64,000 bases of DNA from Escherichia coli. Lineage in GTDB: Bacteria > Pseudomonadota > Gammaproteobacteria > Enterobacterales > Enterobacteriaceae. This document shows positions 13,987 to 29,719 of the stretch, one piece after another. Below the pieces are notes generated by a model. It was not told the DNA's origin. It did not search any database and saw nothing but the letters and a program-made list of their open reading frames with translations. The stretch lies in assembly GCF_044647545.1 (NCBI RefSeq), contig NZ_CP172818.1; one strand, given 5' to 3'. The position numbers and the translations under genes were made by a program. Position 1 is the first letter of the stretch. Every line of letters starts with the position of its first letter.

Positions 13987-14589
13987 ATGAATATTAATTA
14001 CCCTGCTGAATATGAAATTGGTGATATCGTCTTTACATGTATAGGTACTGCCTTATTTGGCCAAATATCAGCTGCATCAAATTGCTGGAGTAATCACGTC
14101 GGTATCATTATCGGTCATAACGGTGAAGACTTCCTGGTTGCAGAAAGCCGGGTTCCCCTTTCAACTATCACCACGCTATCTCGTTTTATTAAACGTTCTT
14201 CTAATCAACGCTATGCTATAAAGCGATTAGACGCCGGGCTTACAGAACAACAAAAACAACGAATTGTTGAACAGGTTCCCTCCCGGCTACGCAAACTTTA
14301 CCACACCGGTTTTAAATACGAATCTTCGCGCCAGTTCTGTTCAAAATTTGTTTTTGATATTTATAAAGAGGCGCTATGTATTCCGGTGGGTGAAATAGAG
14401 ACGTTTGAAGAACTGTTAAACAGCAATCCGAATGCAAAACTCACTTTCTGGAAATTCTGGTTCCTGGGTTCTATTCCGTGGGAGCGTAAAACCGTCACGC
14501 CAGCCAGTTTGTGGCATCATCCGGGTTTAGTGTTGATTCATGCGGAGGGAGTGGAAACGCCTCAGCCGGAACTGACCGAGGCGGTATAA
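13987..14589 (+). CDS. yebB: Uncharacterised protein, 200 aa
   Basis: ORF between ruvA and ruvC; start taken at [13 protein letters not shown] (ATG 13987), giving the 200-aa length I recall for YebB. Confidence 0.8.
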   Translation: MNINYPAEYEIGDIVFTCIGTALFGQISAASNCWSNHVGIIIGHNGEDFLVAESRVPLSTITTLSRFIKRSSNQRYAIKRLDAGLTEQQKQRIVEQVPSRLRKLYHTGFKYESSRQFCSKFVFDIYKEALCIPVGEIETFEELLNSNPNAKLTFWKFWFLGSIPWERKTVTPASLWHHPGLVLIHAEGVETPQPELTEAV

Positions 14590-14590
14590 C

Positions 14591-15112
14591 TTAACGCAGT
14601 CGCCCTCTCGCCAGGTTCAGCCGCGATTCGCTCATCTGCATCGCATTCTGACTGACGTGACAATGAGTAATCGCGATAGCTAACGCATCGGCGGCATCCG
14701 CCTGTGGATTAGCGGGCAGTTTCAGCAAGGTGCGGACCATATGCTGCACCTGGCTTTTTTCGGCACTACCAATACCTACCACCGTTTGCTTTACCTGACG
14801 TGCCGCGTATTCAAATACCGGCAATTCCTGATTCACCGCCGCCACAATCGCCACGCCGCGCGCCTGCCCCAGTTTCAGGGCCGAGTCGGCATTTTTGGCC
14901 ATAAAGACTTGTTCGATTGCGAAATAATCAGGCTGGAACTGGGTGATGATTTCCGTCACGCCCGCATAGATGAGCTTCAGACGAGACGGTAAATCATCCA
15001 CTTTGGTGCGTATGCATCCGCTACCCAGGTAGGACAGTTGCCTGCCTACCTGGCGGATGACGCCATAGCCGGTCACGCGCGAACCCGGGTCAATGCCGAG
15101 AATAATAGCCAT
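14591..15112 (-). CDS. ruvC: Holliday junction resolvase, 173 aa
   Basis: [19 protein letters not shown]... RNase H-like resolvase; start at the second Met of the track ORF. Confidence 0.95.
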
Positions 15113-15146
15113 CACGCGTCTCCGTTTTGCTGTTTAGCAGGCCTCA

Positions 15147-15887
15147 TCAGAGAGTCGCTGCAACCTCATCAGAGATTTCACCGTTATGGTAAACTTCCTG
15201 CACGTCGTCGCAATCTTCCAGCATATCGATCAGACGCATCAGTTTCGGTGCGGTTTCTGCATCCATATCAGCTTTGGTGGACGGGATCATGGAAACTTCC
15301 GCGCTGTCTGCTTTCAGACCTGCCGCTTCCAGAGCGTCGCGTACTTTGCCCATTTCTTCCCATGCAGTGTAGACATCAATCGCGCCGTCATCATAGGTCA
15401 CAACGTCTTCAGCACCGGCTTCCAGGGCTGCTTCCATGATGGTGTCTTCATCGCCTTTCTCGAAGGAGATCACGCCTTTTTTGCTGAACAGATAAGCTAC
15501 GGAACCATCAGTACCGAGGTTACCGCCACATTTGCTGAATGCATGACGCACTTCAGCAACGGTACGGTTGCGGTTGTCAGACAGACATTCAATCATGATT
15601 GCCGTGCCGCCAGGACCGTAACCTTCGTAGATGATGGTTTCCATGTTTGCATCATCATCACCACCCACACCTCGTGCAATTGCGCGGTTCAGAGTGTCAC
15701 GGGTCATGTTGTTAGACAGTGCTTTATCAATTGCTGCACGCAAACGCGGGTTAGCGTCCGGATCACCACCGCCCAGCTTAGCCGCGGTTACCAGCTCACG
15801 AATGATTTTAGTGAAGATTTTACCGCGCTTAGCATCCTGCGCAGCTTTACGATGTCTGGTGTTGGCCCATTTACTATGACCTGCCAT
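15147..15887 (-). CDS. yebC: YebC/PmpR-family transcriptional regulator, 246 aa
   Basis: [27 protein letters not shown]... conserved YebC family. Confidence 0.93.
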
Positions 15888-15915
15888 AAAAATATCTCCA
15901 GATAGCCCTGCCTGT

Positions 15916-16329
15916 TCAGGCAGCGTTAATTACAAACTGTTCAATCGCCTGCCGGTTGCTCCAGGACTTAGTGAGCGCCGCCGCAGCATGCGCATCAAGC
16001 CACTTGTAGGCCAGATGTTCAGTGAAGACGACCTGGCGTTCGTGCGGAAGCGCAAGACAGAACCATGATTCCGTATTACGCGTCACGCCCGGCGCATAGC
16101 GATGACGTAAATGTGAAAAAATTTCAAATTCTACCGTGCGCTGACAGTCAATTAAGGTCAGTTGTTCAGCGACAACATCAATGGTGACCTCTTCCTTTAC
16201 TTCGCGCATGGCAGCTTGCGGCGCGGTTTCACCCTCTTCCACGCTGCCGGTTACCGACTGCCAGAAATCGGGATCGTCACGCCGCTGCAACATCAGCACC
16301 CGTTTCGTATCTTGTGCGTAGATGACCAC
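15916..16329 (-). CDS. nudB: Nudix hydrolase (dihydroneopterin triphosphate diphosphatase); start codon uncertain
   Basis: Nudix box [21 protein letters not shown]; the track starts at GTG 16327-16329; the aspS TGA is in-frame 30 nt upstream with no ATG between. Confidence 0.8.
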
Positions 16330-16359
16330 TAAGATCGAAACGGGACGCTTATAGCCATA

Positions 16360-18132
16360 TCAGTTATTCTCAGCCTTCTTCACAACCTGAATGCTCAGCT
16401 CAGCCAGTGCAGTCGGGTTAGCAAAGCTCGGTGCTTCAGTCATCAGACACGCCGCCGCCGTGGTTTTCGGGAAGGCGATAACGTCACGGATATTGTCGGT
16501 GCCGGTCAGCAGCATGGTCAAACGGTCAAGACCAAATGCCAGACCTGCGTGCGGCGGAGTACCGTATTTCAGGGCGTCGAGCAGGAAGCCGAATTTCTCG
16601 CGCTGTTCCTCTTCGTTGATACCCAGAATACCAAACACTGTCTGCTGCATATCACCATTATGGATACGCACAGAACCACCGCCCACTTCGTAACCATTGA
16701 TGACCATATCGTAAGCGTTCGCCACCGCATTTTCCGGTGCAGCTTTCAGTTCTGCTGCCGTCATGTCTTTTGGTGAGGTGAACGGATGGTGCATTGCCGT
16801 CAGGCCGCCTTCACCGTCGTCTTCAAACATCGGGAAGTCGATAACCCACAGCGGTGACCATTTGCTTTCGTCGGTCAGACCAAGGTCTTTACCCACTTTC
16901 AGGCGCAGTGCACCCATCGCGTCGGCAACAATTTTCTTGTTGTCGGCACCGAAGAAAATCGTATCGCCATCTTGCGCGGCAGTACGATCCAGGATGGCTT
17001 CGATGATTTCTGCATTAAGGAACTTCGCTACCGGGCTGTTGATACCTTCCAGACCTTTCGCGCGTTCGTTAACTTTGATGTACGCCAGACCTTTCGCGCC
17101 GTAGATTTTAACGAAGTTACCGTATTCGTCGATCTGTTTACGGGTCAGCGATGCGCCGCCCGGAACGCGCAGAGCCGCTACGCGACCTTTCGGATCGTTC
17201 GCCGGACCTGCAAATACTGCAAATTCAACGGATTTCAGCAGATCGGCAACGTCGGTCAGTTCCATCGGGTTACGCAGATCCGGTTTATCAGAACCATAAC
17301 GGCGTTCTGCTTCTGCAAAGGTCATTACCGGGAAATCGCCCAGATCCACGCCCTTCACTTCCAGCCACAGATGACGCACCAGCGCTTCCATCACTTCACG
17401 CACTTGCGGGGCGGTCATGAAAGAAGTTTCCACATCGATCTGAGTAAATTCAGGCTGACGGTCAGCACGCAGGTCTTCGTCACGGAAGCATTTAACGATC
17501 TGATAGTAGCGGTCAAAGCCGGACATCATCAGCAGCTGTTTGAACAACTGCGGGGATTGCGGCAGTGCGTAGAATTTACCTTTGTGCACACGAGAAGGCA
17601 CCAGGTAGTCACGCGCGCCTTCCGGCGTGGCTTTGGTCAGCATCGGAGTTTCGATGTCGAGAAAGCCGTGGTCATCCATAAAACGGCGCACCAGGCTGGT
17701 GATTTTAGCGCGGGTTTTCAGGCGCTGAGCCATTTCCGGGCGACGCAGGTCGAGGTAGCGGTATTTCAGACGCGCTTCTTCGGTGTTGACGTGGTTAGAG
17801 TCAAGCGGCAGAACATCTGCGCGGTTGATGATAGTCAGCGAGGACGCCAGCACTTCGATTTCGCCGGTCGCCATATCGCGGTTAATATTTTTTTCGTCAC
17901 GCGCACGTACGGTGCCCGTGACCTGAATGCAGAACTCATTACGCAGTTCAGAGGCCAGCTTTAACGCGTCCGCACGATCCGGATCGAAAAATACCTGCAC
18001 GATACCTTCGCGGTCGCGCATATCGATGAAGATCAGGCTACCAAGATCACGACGACGGTTGACCCAACCACACAGAGTCACCTGCTGCCCCACGTGGGAC
18101 AAACGGAGCTGTCCACAATATTCTGTACGCAT
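16360..18132 (-). CDS. aspS: Aspartate--tRNA ligase, 590 aa
   Basis: [24 protein letters not shown]... class II aaRS; C-terminus ...VVKKAENN. Confidence 0.97.
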   Translation of the reverse strand: MRTEYCGQLRLSHVGQQVTLCGWVNRRRDLGSLIFIDMRDREGIVQVFFDPDRADALKLASELRNEFCIQVTGTVRARDEKNINRDMATGEIEVLASSLTIINRADVLPLDSNHVNTEEARLKYRYLDLRRPEMAQRLKTRAKITSLVRRFMDDHGFLDIETPMLTKATPEGARDYLVPSRVHKGKFYALPQSPQLFKQLLMMSGFDRYYQIVKCFRDEDLRADRQPEFTQIDVETSFMTAPQVREVMEALVRHLWLEVKGVDLGDFPVMTFAEAERRYGSDKPDLRNPMELTDVADLLKSVEFAVFAGPANDPKGRVAALRVPGGASLTRKQIDEYGNFVKIYGAKGLAYIKVNERAKGLEGINSPVAKFLNAEIIEAILDRTAAQDGDTIFFGADNKKIVADAMGALRLKVGKDLGLTDESKWSPLWVIDFPMFEDDGEGGLTAMHHPFTSPKDMTAAELKAAPENAVANAYDMVINGYEVGGGSVRIHNGDMQQTVFGILGINEEEQREKFGFLLDALKYGTPPHAGLAFGLDRLTMLLTGTDNIRDVIAFPKTTAAACLMTEAPSFANPTALAELSIQVVKKAENN

Positions 18133-18441
18133 GAGATATCCCTTAACTTAGCTGCCGGCGGATGCCCCCTGCTGCGCAGGTGACCAAGTCGCAGCGTTAG
18201 CTGTATGTCACAACTGAATGAAAAAAGGCGGCTATTATACTGGAAATTCTGCCGCACCGTAAGAGCCTGGCCCGCGCTGGAACGCCTCGTTACCACTTTA
18301 TATCGGGCCTGAAATCAGGCTCTACGCCAGTTTGCTATAAAGGTGTTGCCCGAACTCATAAAAATTAACAAAATTTGTCGTTCCGCCATCGGCTAATCGC
18401 ATTAAGGTGAGAGGCACGATTTTGTTTTGTCAGGAGTCATC

Positions 18442-19008
18442 ATGCTTGAACTTAATGCTAAAACCACCGCGCTGGTGGTGATTGATTTACAAGAAGGCAT
18501 CTTACCTTTTGCCGGTGGTCCACATACTGCCGATGAGGTGGTTAATCGCGCCGGGAAGCTGGCGGCGAAATTTCGCGCGAGCGGTCAGCCCGTGTTTCTG
18601 GTGCGCGTTGGCTGGTCTGCCGATTATGCCGAAGCATTAAAACAGCTGGTTGATGCCCCCTCCCCCGCTAAAGTGTTACCCGAAAACTGGTGGCAACATC
18701 CTGCTGCATTAGGTGCAACCGACAGCGATATCGAAATCATCAAACGTCAATGGGGTGCGTTTTACGGTACGGATCTGGAGTTGCAATTACGCCGCCGGGG
18801 TATCGATACCATTGTTTTATGTGGGATCTCGACCAATATCGGTGTTGAATCCACCGCCCGCAATGCCTGGGAACTCGGTTTTAATCTGGTGATTGCCGAA
18901 GATGCCTGTAGCGCCGCCAGCGCCGAGCAGCACAATAACAGCATCAACCATATCTACCCACGCATCGCCCGTGTGCGCAGTGTGGAAGAGATCCTCAACG
19001 CATTATGA
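18442..19008 (+). CDS. yecD: Isochorismatase-family hydrolase, 188 aa
   Basis: [20 protein letters not shown]...; start at the internal ATG of the track ORF. Confidence 0.88.
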   Translation: MLELNAKTTALVVIDLQEGILPFAGGPHTADEVVNRAGKLAAKFRASGQPVFLVRVGWSADYAEALKQLVDAPSPAKVLPENWWQHPAALGATDSDIEIIKRQWGAFYGTDLELQLRRRGIDTIVLCGISTNIGVESTARNAWELGFNLVIAEDACSAASAEQHNNSINHIYPRIARVRSVEEILNAL

Positions 19009-19823
19009 TTTACATCGGTCTGCCGCAATGGTCGCATCCTAAATGGGTGCGGTTGGGGATCACCAGCCTTGAAGAGTATGCCCGCCACTTTAACTGTGTG
19101 GAGGGCAACACCACGCTATACGCCCTGCCGAAACCTGAGGTTGTCCTGCGCTGGCGTGAGCAAACCACAGATGACTTCCGCTTCTGTTTTAAGTTTCCGG
19201 CGACCATTTCGCATCAGGCAACATTACGGCATTGCGATGATTTAGTGACTGAATTTTTGACCCGCATGTCACCATTGGCTCCGCGCATTGGGCAATACTG
19301 GCTGCAACTGCCTGCCACATTCGGCCCACGGGAGCTGCCTGCGCTTTGGCATTTTCTCGATTCTCTCCCTGGCGAATTTAATTATGGTGTGGAAGTCCGC
19401 CATCCACAGTTTTTCGCCAAAGGGGAAGAGGAACAAACGCTTAATCGCGGTTTACATCAGCGCGGCGTTAATCGGGTGATTTTAGACAGCCGCCCGGTTC
19501 ATGCAGCACGTCCACACAGTGAAGCTATTCGCGACGCTCAACGAAAAAAACCTAAAGTTCCGGTACATGCTGTACTGACGGCGACAAATCCGCTGATCCG
19601 TTTTATCGGTAGTGATGATATGACGCAAAACCGGGAATTATTTCAGGTCTGGTTACAAAAATTAGCGCAGTGGCATCAGACCACTACGCCTTATCTTTTT
19701 TTACATACGCCAGATATTGCCCAGGCCCCGGAACTGGTACATACCCTGTGGGAAGACTTACGTAAAACGCTTCCAGAGATCGGAGCAGTTCCGGCTATTC
19801 CACAGCAATCTTCTCTTTTCTGA
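19005..19823 (+). CDS. yecE: DUF72-family protein, 272 aa
   Basis: Full-length ORF whose start overlaps the yecD stop. Confidence 0.88.
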   Translation: MIYIGLPQWSHPKWVRLGITSLEEYARHFNCVEGNTTLYALPKPEVVLRWREQTTDDFRFCFKFPATISHQATLRHCDDLVTEFLTRMSPLAPRIGQYWLQLPATFGPRELPALWHFLDSLPGEFNYGVEVRHPQFFAKGEEEQTLNRGLHQRGVNRVILDSRPVHAARPHSEAIRDAQRKKPKVPVHAVLTATNPLIRFIGSDDMTQNRELFQVWLQKLAQWHQTTTPYLFLHTPDIAQAPELVHTLWEDLRKTLPEIGAVPAIPQQSSLF

Positions 19824-19875
19824 ATTTGCCACCTATCATAGACAGGTGCCATCGGCCATTTTAAAGGGAGTTTGT

Positions 19876-22023
<2,148 letters not shown>

Positions 22024-22055
22024 AGTAGCGCCCGTTTCCGGGCGCTTTTCACGTC

Positions 22056-24485
22056 TTATGCCTGAACAGCTGGCTGATCAAACGCCGTTAACTTCGGCGC
22101 ATTGCTCGTATATTTTTCGATATACACTAGCGCAGAGTTACCGGCACAGGCATTTGCCAGCTGCGAGCTGGGGATATCCGCCGTTAACACGTTCGCACTG
22201 CCGTTTTTACACAAGCCATTTTCCAGATCTGGCCATGCACCTTCATGCACGCATACCACGCCTTTTTTGATCCCGTCAGTCACCACCGCGCCTGTCAGGA
22301 TCTGACCACGTTTGTTCCAGACACGCACCAGATCGCCATTCGCAATACCAAAGCGAGCAGCATCTTCGGTGTGAATAGTGATCGGTTCACGATCGGCAAC
22401 CGCATATTTTTTACGCAGTTCCGCATAGTTAAGCTGACTGTGTAAACGGTGTGCCGGATGTGCGGTCAGAAGCTGCAACTGCTTCTCGTCGGCGGTACCC
22501 TTCCACTCATCAGGCGCAAGCCAGGTTGGGTGTGCCGGGCAATCCTTATAGCCAAATTTTTCCAGCGTTTTGGAGTAAATCTCAATTTTGCCGCTTGGCG
22601 TACCCAGCGCATTTTTCACCGGATCGGCGCGGAAATCACCATAACGAACGTACTGTTCGTTCTTCTCGCTGCGGCGCATTTCGATCAGTTTATTTTGCTG
22701 CCAGAAAGCATTAAACATCGGCATAGTCACGCGTTGCGCACGCGCACCTTTCTGAGCGGCATCATAGAAAAATTTCAGCCACGCCATTTCATCTTTACCT
22801 TCGGTATAGATCTCTTTTCCGCCAGGTTTGAGTAATTCAGCAAGATCGGCAAACACATCAAAATCGTTACGCGCTTCAAATTGCGGAGCCACAGCCTGCT
22901 TCATCGGCACAATATGCTGGTTGCTGTAATCACCGGTCATCGTTAAGTCATTTCGCTCAAACGATGTGGTGATCGGTAATACGATATCTGCATGTTTAGC
23001 AGCTGCGGTCCAGTAGCATTCAGAAACGACGATCATCTCCGGTTTCTGCCATGCTTTAATCAGACGATTAGTATCCTGGTGATGGGTAAAGTTACCGCCA
23101 CCCGCCCACCAGATCATTTTGATATTCGGATACGTTTGTTCTTTACCGTTATGCTGATATTTGCCGCCAGGATTTTCCAGCGCATCGACGATACGGGCAA
23201 CAGGAATCGCCGTCATTCCGCCATCATCAGCGGCCTCGCTGGCCTGTCCGGCAATCGCCGCAGACATTTCCGGCAGCACGCCGCCAACACGCGTCGGGTT
23301 GCCACCATTGGAGTAATGATAAGAGAAACCAAAACCGCCGCCCGGTGTACCAATCTGCCCTAACATCGCCGCCAGCGTCACCAGCATCCAGTGTTTCTGT
23401 TCACCATATTGCTGGCGCTGAATTCCCCAGCCTGCCATCAGCATTGTGCGATTCGCCGCCATCAGTTCAGCGAGTTTGACTATCTGCGCTTCCGGTACGC
23501 CAGTAATTTCCGCCGCCCAGGCCGCGCTCTTCGGCGTATTATCGCTCTTACCTGTCAGATACTCTTCAAACTGCGGGTAGCCGGTGGTGTATTTTTCCAG
23601 GAAGGCCTTATCGTGCTTACCTTGTACCATCAAGGTGTGCGCAATCCCTAACATCAACGCCACGTCGGTACCCATATTTGGGGCGATCCAGGTGGCGTTA
23701 TCGCCAAAGAAGTCGATGGTTTCGGAGCGGATAGGATCAATGGCAATCACGGGTTTGCCAGATTTTTTCAGCTGATGGAAGTATTCCAGCCCTTGCTCAT
23801 CGGTACTGCTCCAGGCAATTTTCAAGGTATTCAGCGGGTTCATCCCCCACAGCACCACAACCTGGCTGTTTTCCAGAATCAGCGGCCAGGAGGTCTGCTG
23901 TTCATACACCTCTACAGAACCGACCACATGCGGCATGATCACCTGTGCTGCCCCGGTTGAATAATCGCCGCTATGCCCGGAATAACCGCCCGCCAGTTTC
24001 ATATAACGTTGCAGTAAGGTTTGCGCTTTATGCAACACGCCAGAAGAGCGCCAGCCGTAAGATCCGGCAAAAATGGCCGATGGTCCGTTAGCTTTACGAA
24101 TACGATCGTGTTGCTCATGAATCAGTTTTAATGCTTGTTCCCAGCTCACCTGTACATAGGTATCTTCGCCACGACCTTTCACCGGTTGCAGTGGATTATC
24201 GAGATAGCTTTTTCTCACCATCGGATGCTGAATACGCGCCGTGGTGTGTACCTGATCCGCCGCCGTAGACTGTAAGGAGTTCGGTATGGTTTTCGCCAGC
24301 GCGCCTGTCGAAGAAACAATCTTGCCGTCCTTCACTTCTACGTTCATCGCTCCCCAACGGCCCGCGGTGAGAATTTTGCCGCCCTTCTCTTCTGCCCATG
24401 CAGGTAACGGTGCAGCCGATGTCACCACCAGCGCCCCTGCCGCAATACCGCTATGTTTAATAAATTCACGTCTTGTTAATGTCAT
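22056..24485 (-). CDS. torZ: Periplasmic molybdoenzyme, TMAO/S- and N-oxide reductase, 809 aa
   Basis: Tat signal [31 protein letters not shown]; molybdopterin oxidoreductase; start at the internal ATG 24485. Confidence 0.93.
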   Translation of the reverse strand: MTLTRREFIKHSGIAAGALVVTSAAPLPAWAEEKGGKILTAGRWGAMNVEVKDGKIVSSTGALAKTIPNSLQSTAADQVHTTARIQHPMVRKSYLDNPLQPVKGRGEDTYVQVSWEQALKLIHEQHDRIRKANGPSAIFAGSYGWRSSGVLHKAQTLLQRYMKLAGGYSGHSGDYSTGAAQVIMPHVVGSVEVYEQQTSWPLILENSQVVVLWGMNPLNTLKIAWSSTDEQGLEYFHQLKKSGKPVIAIDPIRSETIDFFGDNATWIAPNMGTDVALMLGIAHTLMVQGKHDKAFLEKYTTGYPQFEEYLTGKSDNTPKSAAWAAEITGVPEAQIVKLAELMAANRTMLMAGWGIQRQQYGEQKHWMLVTLAAMLGQIGTPGGGFGFSYHYSNGGNPTRVGGVLPEMSAAIAGQASEAADDGGMTAIPVARIVDALENPGGKYQHNGKEQTYPNIKMIWWAGGGNFTHHQDTNRLIKAWQKPEMIVVSECYWTAAAKHADIVLPITTSFERNDLTMTGDYSNQHIVPMKQAVAPQFEARNDFDVFADLAELLKPGGKEIYTEGKDEMAWLKFFYDAAQKGARAQRVTMPMFNAFWQQNKLIEMRRSEKNEQYVRYGDFRADPVKNALGTPSGKIEIYSKTLEKFGYKDCPAHPTWLAPDEWKGTADEKQLQLLTAHPAHRLHSQLNYAELRKKYAVADREPITIHTEDAARFGIANGDLVRVWNKRGQILTGAVVTDGIKKGVVCVHEGAWPDLENGLCKNGSANVLTADIPSSQLANACAGNSALVYIEKYTSNAPKLTAFDQPAVQA

Positions 24486-24509
24486 AACTTCCTCCCTGAT
24501 CAACGAGGA

Positions 24510-25610
24510 TCACTGTTTCTCGGTAATATCTTTGGCGTTGTACTGGAAGTACCGCGTCAAAATGTCCAGTTCGTTTTCGCTCATGCTGGTTCGCGCACCC
24601 ATTCCTTTGGCAATGGACGGCCATGTATTGACGGTGTAATGGTCGGCGGCAATAGGGGCATGGCAGCCAGCGCAATAGGTATCGTCAAGTTTTTCAGCGT
24701 ATTGCCATAGCGGTTTACGGTCCGCTAATGCGGGATCGGTAAGCGCACCCTGTAAAGACGCCTGACGCCATTGATTGCCGTATTCGTCAGCCTGCCATTC
24801 CCCGTTTACCGTTAGCGCCTTGATACCTTCTTCACTTAATGTGGCTAGCGCCAGCCGTTGACCTGCCGCCAGGTAGAGCGTGTTTTCACTGCCCTGCATT
24901 TGATAACCCTGCAACCGAACAATTGGCTGTTTGCCACTGGCATCAACGACGGTGAGATCGGTACCAGGATTCACGGTAGCCAGTTCGCCTATACGAGAAG
25001 GTTTGAAAGGATAAATATGTGCGCCATTGGTAACTGAAGTAGCGGCCTGACTTTCCAGCTCATGCGCCGCGTTGTCATCCATTTTTATTTCTGGTGGAAA
25101 ATGGGCAATGCCTTTATGACAATCGATACAGGTTTCGCCGTCCTTTTGCGCTTTGTTATGCATTTTCTGCGCAGATTCACTTTGCGAAGCAATATCCATG
25201 GCATCAAAAGAATGGCAACTACGACACGTTGCAGAATCAGTTGCTTTTAATTCTTTCCATACTGTTTCGGCCATTTCCTGGCGATGAGCTTCGAACTTAT
25301 CGTCACTGTCTATTTTGCCGCTAACAAATTCATGATAAATATCTTTAGATGCTTTTAATTTAGCAAATAAATAATCCATCCCTGACTTTGGAATATGGCA
25401 ATCGGCACATTCCGCACGTATCCCTTTCTGGTTCAAAAAGTGGACAGTTCCCTGATATTCCTCAAAAGGTTTACTCATCGAGTGGCAGGAAAGGCAAAAT
25501 GCGGTATCCGACGTTTTATGTAAGGCTTTTTGCGCCAGCAATAACCCGCCGCCACCAACCACAACCGCTATCAGCAAAAACAATAACCCAATGCGTTTTT
25601 TCCCTCGCAT
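24510..25610 (-). CDS. torY: Pentahaem c-type cytochrome of the NapC/NirT family, 366 aa
   Basis: Several CxxCH haem motifs (CLSCH, CADCH, CRSCH, CIDCH, CAGCH) after an N-terminal membrane anchor. Confidence 0.93.
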   Translation of the reverse strand: MRGKKRIGLLFLLIAVVVGGGGLLLAQKALHKTSDTAFCLSCHSMSKPFEEYQGTVHFLNQKGIRAECADCHIPKSGMDYLFAKLKASKDIYHEFVSGKIDSDDKFEAHRQEMAETVWKELKATDSATCRSCHSFDAMDIASQSESAQKMHNKAQKDGETCIDCHKGIAHFPPEIKMDDNAAHELESQAATSVTNGAHIYPFKPSRIGELATVNPGTDLTVVDASGKQPIVRLQGYQMQGSENTLYLAAGQRLALATLSEEGIKALTVNGEWQADEYGNQWRQASLQGALTDPALADRKPLWQYAEKLDDTYCAGCHAPIAADHYTVNTWPSIAKGMGARTSMSENELDILTRYFQYNAKDITEKQ

Positions 25611-25916
25611 AGATTCCTCTAATTAAATTCCAGAACACCGAAATCATTGTATAAATAAATACACAACGAATTGACTACTTGCTTAATTCGGCACAACACT
25701 GCCTGAAATAATCGATAAAGAATATGATTTATTACAATGTAATCATTAATTGCTAAGGAATAACCCAGTTGTTATTTAGAATATATATTTGTCAGTTTTG
25801 GCAATTTAAATCACATAATGAATGTGAATATATAAAATATTTTTGGCACAACGCTATGCGCACTGTCACCCGCTCAACAGATCACGGCAATCGTTCGTTT
25901 TTTATACTGCTCAGGG

Positions 25917-25952
25917 ATAAAAAAAGGCCCCTGTTGAAATTGCAGGGGCCTG
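25917..25952 (-). terminator. Rho-independent terminator downstream of cutC
   Basis: Hairpin aggcccctg...caggggcct followed on the minus strand by a T-run (aaaaaaa on plus). Confidence 0.6.
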
Positions 25953-25997
25953 GTACGAGCAAGCATCATATTGGGCAACATGATGCAACGGTAAAAA

Positions 25998-26753
<756 letters not shown>

Positions 26754-26757
26754 TTAG

Positions 26758-27324
26758 TTACGCCGACTGCTCGCTGGCCACGATCTCTTCAATGGACCAC
26801 GGATGAAACTTAATGGTTGTTTTGCCATCGGTGACCGCCAGCGTCGGATTCGGTAATCGTTCATGCTCACCTTTTGGCGAACTGGTTTTAACTGAGATCC
26901 CCGGCAGGCTGAGTCCTTCATCAGAAAGCAATGCCAGCGCACGGGCATTCAACGTTTCTGGATCACCCGGCAGAACGATTTCAATATGTTCCCAACCTTC
27001 GTGCGGGTAACGTTTTTCCCCGGGCCACGGTAGCTCCACAATGGAAAACTGCCAGTGAGCAACCTGTACCGGTTCATGCAATTTAAACAGACAAATCGGC
27101 CTGCCATTGATCATATTATCTGACAGGAGTTCGCCGCACTGTTCAAACCCGCGACGCCAGCGTTCAGCGGTGGCGTTTTGATGGCAACGCAAAGAAATGT
27201 GATCGGCAGCCAGCGGGGTGGTATCCAGCCCCAGACGACGGGAAAGTTCGTCTAATGCATGGATAAATCGCGGTAAATCTGTTGCAATATCCTGCAACTC
27301 GTCGATAGATTGCCAGTTCGCCAT
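26758..27324 (-). CDS. yecM: YecM-family protein (glyoxalase-like fold), 188 aa
   Basis: MANWQSIDELQDIATDLPRF...; start at the third Met of the track ORF. Confidence 0.85.
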   Translation of the reverse strand: MANWQSIDELQDIATDLPRFIHALDELSRRLGLDTTPLAADHISLRCHQNATAERWRRGFEQCGELLSDNMINGRPICLFKLHEPVQVAHWQFSIVELPWPGEKRYPHEGWEHIEIVLPGDPETLNARALALLSDEGLSLPGISVKTSSPKGEHERLPNPTLAVTDGKTTIKFHPWSIEEIVASEQSA

Positions 27325-27539
27325 AATCACTCTTCATCTTTCAGTAAAAGCGTTAATTTACCCTGTTGCCCTGCGCCAACCAACCGCTGATTTCACGCCG
27401 CTTCTGATGCAATAGTGAAAACGGCAATACTCCACGCGCACGTTGCTGACGAAAACAGCCATTTGCAGTATACTCCCGCCCTAATTTCTTTAACTGGTGC
27501 GGGCAAATTTTGCTCGCTTCATCAATGTAAGGTATTCCG

Positions 27540-29273
27540 GTGAATATTCAGGCTCTTCTCTCAGAAAAAGTCCGTCAGGCCATGATTGCGGCAGGCGCGC
27601 CTGCGGATTGCGAACCGCAGGTTCGTCAGTCAGCAAAAGTTCAGTTCGGCGACTATCAGGCTAACGGCATGATGGCAGTTGCTAAAAAACTGGGTATGGC
27701 ACCGCGACAATTAGCAGAGCAGGTGCTGACTCATCTGGATCTTAACGGTATCGCCAGCAAAGTTGAGATCGCCGGTCCAGGCTTTATCAACATTTTCCTT
27801 GATCCGGCATTCCTGGCTGATCATGTTCAGCAGGCGCTGGCGTCCGATCGTCTCGGTGTTGCTACGCCAGAAAAACAGACCATTGTGGTTGACTACTCTG
27901 CGCCAAACGTGGCGAAAGAGATGCATGTCGGTCACCTGCGCTCTACCATTATTGGTGACGCAGCAGTTCGTACTCTGGAGTTCCTCGGTCACAAAGTGAT
28001 TCGCGCAAACCACGTCGGCGACTGGGGCACTCAGTTCGGTATGCTGATTGCGTGGCTGGAAAAGCAGCAGCAGGAAAACGCCGGTGAAATGGAGCTGGCT
28101 GACCTTGAAGGTTTCTACCGCGATGCGAAAAAGCATTACGACGAAGATGAAGAGTTTGCCGAGCGTGCACGTAACTACGTGGTAAAACTGCAAAGCGGTG
28201 ACGAATATTTCCGCGAGATGTGGCGCAAACTGGTCGACATCACCATGACGCAGAACCAGATCACCTACGATCGTCTCAACGTGACGCTGACCCGTGATGA
28301 CGTGATGGGTGAAAGCCTCTACAACCCAATGCTGCCGGGTATCGTGGCGGACCTGAAAGCCAAAGGTCTGGCAGTAGAAAGTGAAGGCGCGACCGTCGTA
28401 TTCCTTGATGAGTTCAAAAACAAGGAAGGCGAACCGATGGGTGTGATCATTCAGAAGAAAGATGGCGGCTATCTCTACACCACCACTGATATCGCCTGTG
28501 CGAAATATCGTTATGAAACGCTGCATGCCGATCGCGTGCTGTATTACATCGACTCCCGTCAGCATCAACACCTGATGCAGGCATGGGCGATCGTCCGTAA
28601 AGCAGGCTATGTACCGGAATCCGTACCGCTGGAACACCACATGTTCGGCATGATGCTGGGTAAAGACGGCAAACCGTTCAAAACCCGCGCGGGTGGTACA
28701 GTGAAACTGGCCGATCTGCTGGATGAAGCCCTGGAACGTGCACGCCGTCTGGTGGCAGAAAAGAACCCGGATATGCCAGCCGACGAGCTGGAAAAACTGG
28801 CTAACGCGGTTGGTATTGGTGCGGTGAAATATGCGGATCTCTCCAAAAACCGCACCACGGACTACATCTTCGACTGGGACAACATGCTGGCGTTTGAGGG
28901 TAATACCGCGCCATACATGCAGTATGCTTACACGCGTGTATTATCCGTGTTCCGTAAAGCAGAAATTGACGAAGAGCAACTGGCTGCAGCTCCGGTAATC
29001 ATCCGTGAAGATCGTGAAGCACAACTAGCAGCTCGCCTGCTGCAGTTTGAAGAAACCCTCACTGTGGTTGCCCGTGAAGGCACGCCGCATGTGATGTGTG
29101 CTTACCTGTACGATCTGGCCGGTCTGTTCTCTGGCTTCTACGAGCACTGCCCGATCCTCAGCGCAGAAAACGAAGAAGTGCGTAACAGCCGTCTGAAACT
29201 GGCACAACTGACGGCGAAGACGCTGAAGCTGGGTCTGGATACGCTGGGTATTGAGACAGTAGAGCGTATGTAA
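27540..29273 (+). CDS. argS: Arginine--tRNA ligase, 577 aa
   Basis: Class I aaRS with the HVGH motif ([10 protein letters not shown]). Confidence 0.97.
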   Translation: MNIQALLSEKVRQAMIAAGAPADCEPQVRQSAKVQFGDYQANGMMAVAKKLGMAPRQLAEQVLTHLDLNGIASKVEIAGPGFINIFLDPAFLADHVQQALASDRLGVATPEKQTIVVDYSAPNVAKEMHVGHLRSTIIGDAAVRTLEFLGHKVIRANHVGDWGTQFGMLIAWLEKQQQENAGEMELADLEGFYRDAKKHYDEDEEFAERARNYVVKLQSGDEYFREMWRKLVDITMTQNQITYDRLNVTLTRDDVMGESLYNPMLPGIVADLKAKGLAVESEGATVVFLDEFKNKEGEPMGVIIQKKDGGYLYTTTDIACAKYRYETLHADRVLYYIDSRQHQHLMQAWAIVRKAGYVPESVPLEHHMFGMMLGKDGKPFKTRAGGTVKLADLLDEALERARRLVAEKNPDMPADELEKLANAVGIGAVKYADLSKNRTTDYIFDWDNMLAFEGNTAPYMQYAYTRVLSVFRKAEIDEEQLAAAPVIIREDREAQLAARLLQFEETLTVVAREGTPHVMCAYLYDLAGLFSGFYEHCPILSAENEEVRNSRLKLAQLTAKTLKLGLDTLGIETVERM

Positions 29274-29326
29274 TCGGTTATACCAACAGCCGATGTCATG
29301 GAGACCGCTTTTTATTTTTTTATCAT

Positions 29327-29719
29327 TCAACGATAATTCACAATCACTTCATTCCGTTGTACCTTTAGCGGCGGAATTAACCGCCCACCGCCAGGCACTT
29401 CCCAGATAAATCGCAACGGTTCTATCGCCGGTATACCGGAAAAGGCCACGGTGGTTCCACTCTGCCCTTCTAATTCGACACAACGAGATTGCGAACACAA
29501 GCGAACCCGCAGTCCTGCAGGTGTCGGGCCGATAAGCTGATAACGCCACGCCACCAGCGTCATCAATCCTGCAGCAGGTTGTCGAGTAGAAAGAGGCGCT
29601 GACGACATCGATTCACCACGGTGATTCAGCGTAACGCCCACACTACTCGCCTGCCACATCCCCTCCCCCGCGGCTTGCACCAGCAGCGGAAACAATAATA
29701 TTGCTAATAAGGTTCTCAT
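29327..29719 (-). CDS. flhE: Flagellar protein FlhE, 130 aa
   Basis: MRTLLAILLFPLLVQAAGEG... signal peptide; last gene of flhBAE; its ATG overlaps the flhA stop. Confidence 0.9.
   Translation of the reverse strand: MRTLLAILLFPLLVQAAGEGMWQASSVGVTLNHRGESMSSAPLSTRQPAAGLMTLVAWRYQLIGPTPAGLRVRLCSQSRCVELEGQSGTTVAFSGIPAIEPLRFIWEVPGGGRLIPPLKVQRNEVIVNYR

Noticed and set aside
16972-17964. Plus-strand ORF (330 aa) antisense within aspS
   Set aside because: Embedded in aspS, which has an unmistakable aaRS product; no recognisable motifs.
27711-28640. Minus-strand ORF (309 aa) antisense within argS
   Set aside because: Embedded in argS; no recognisable domain; shadow ORF.
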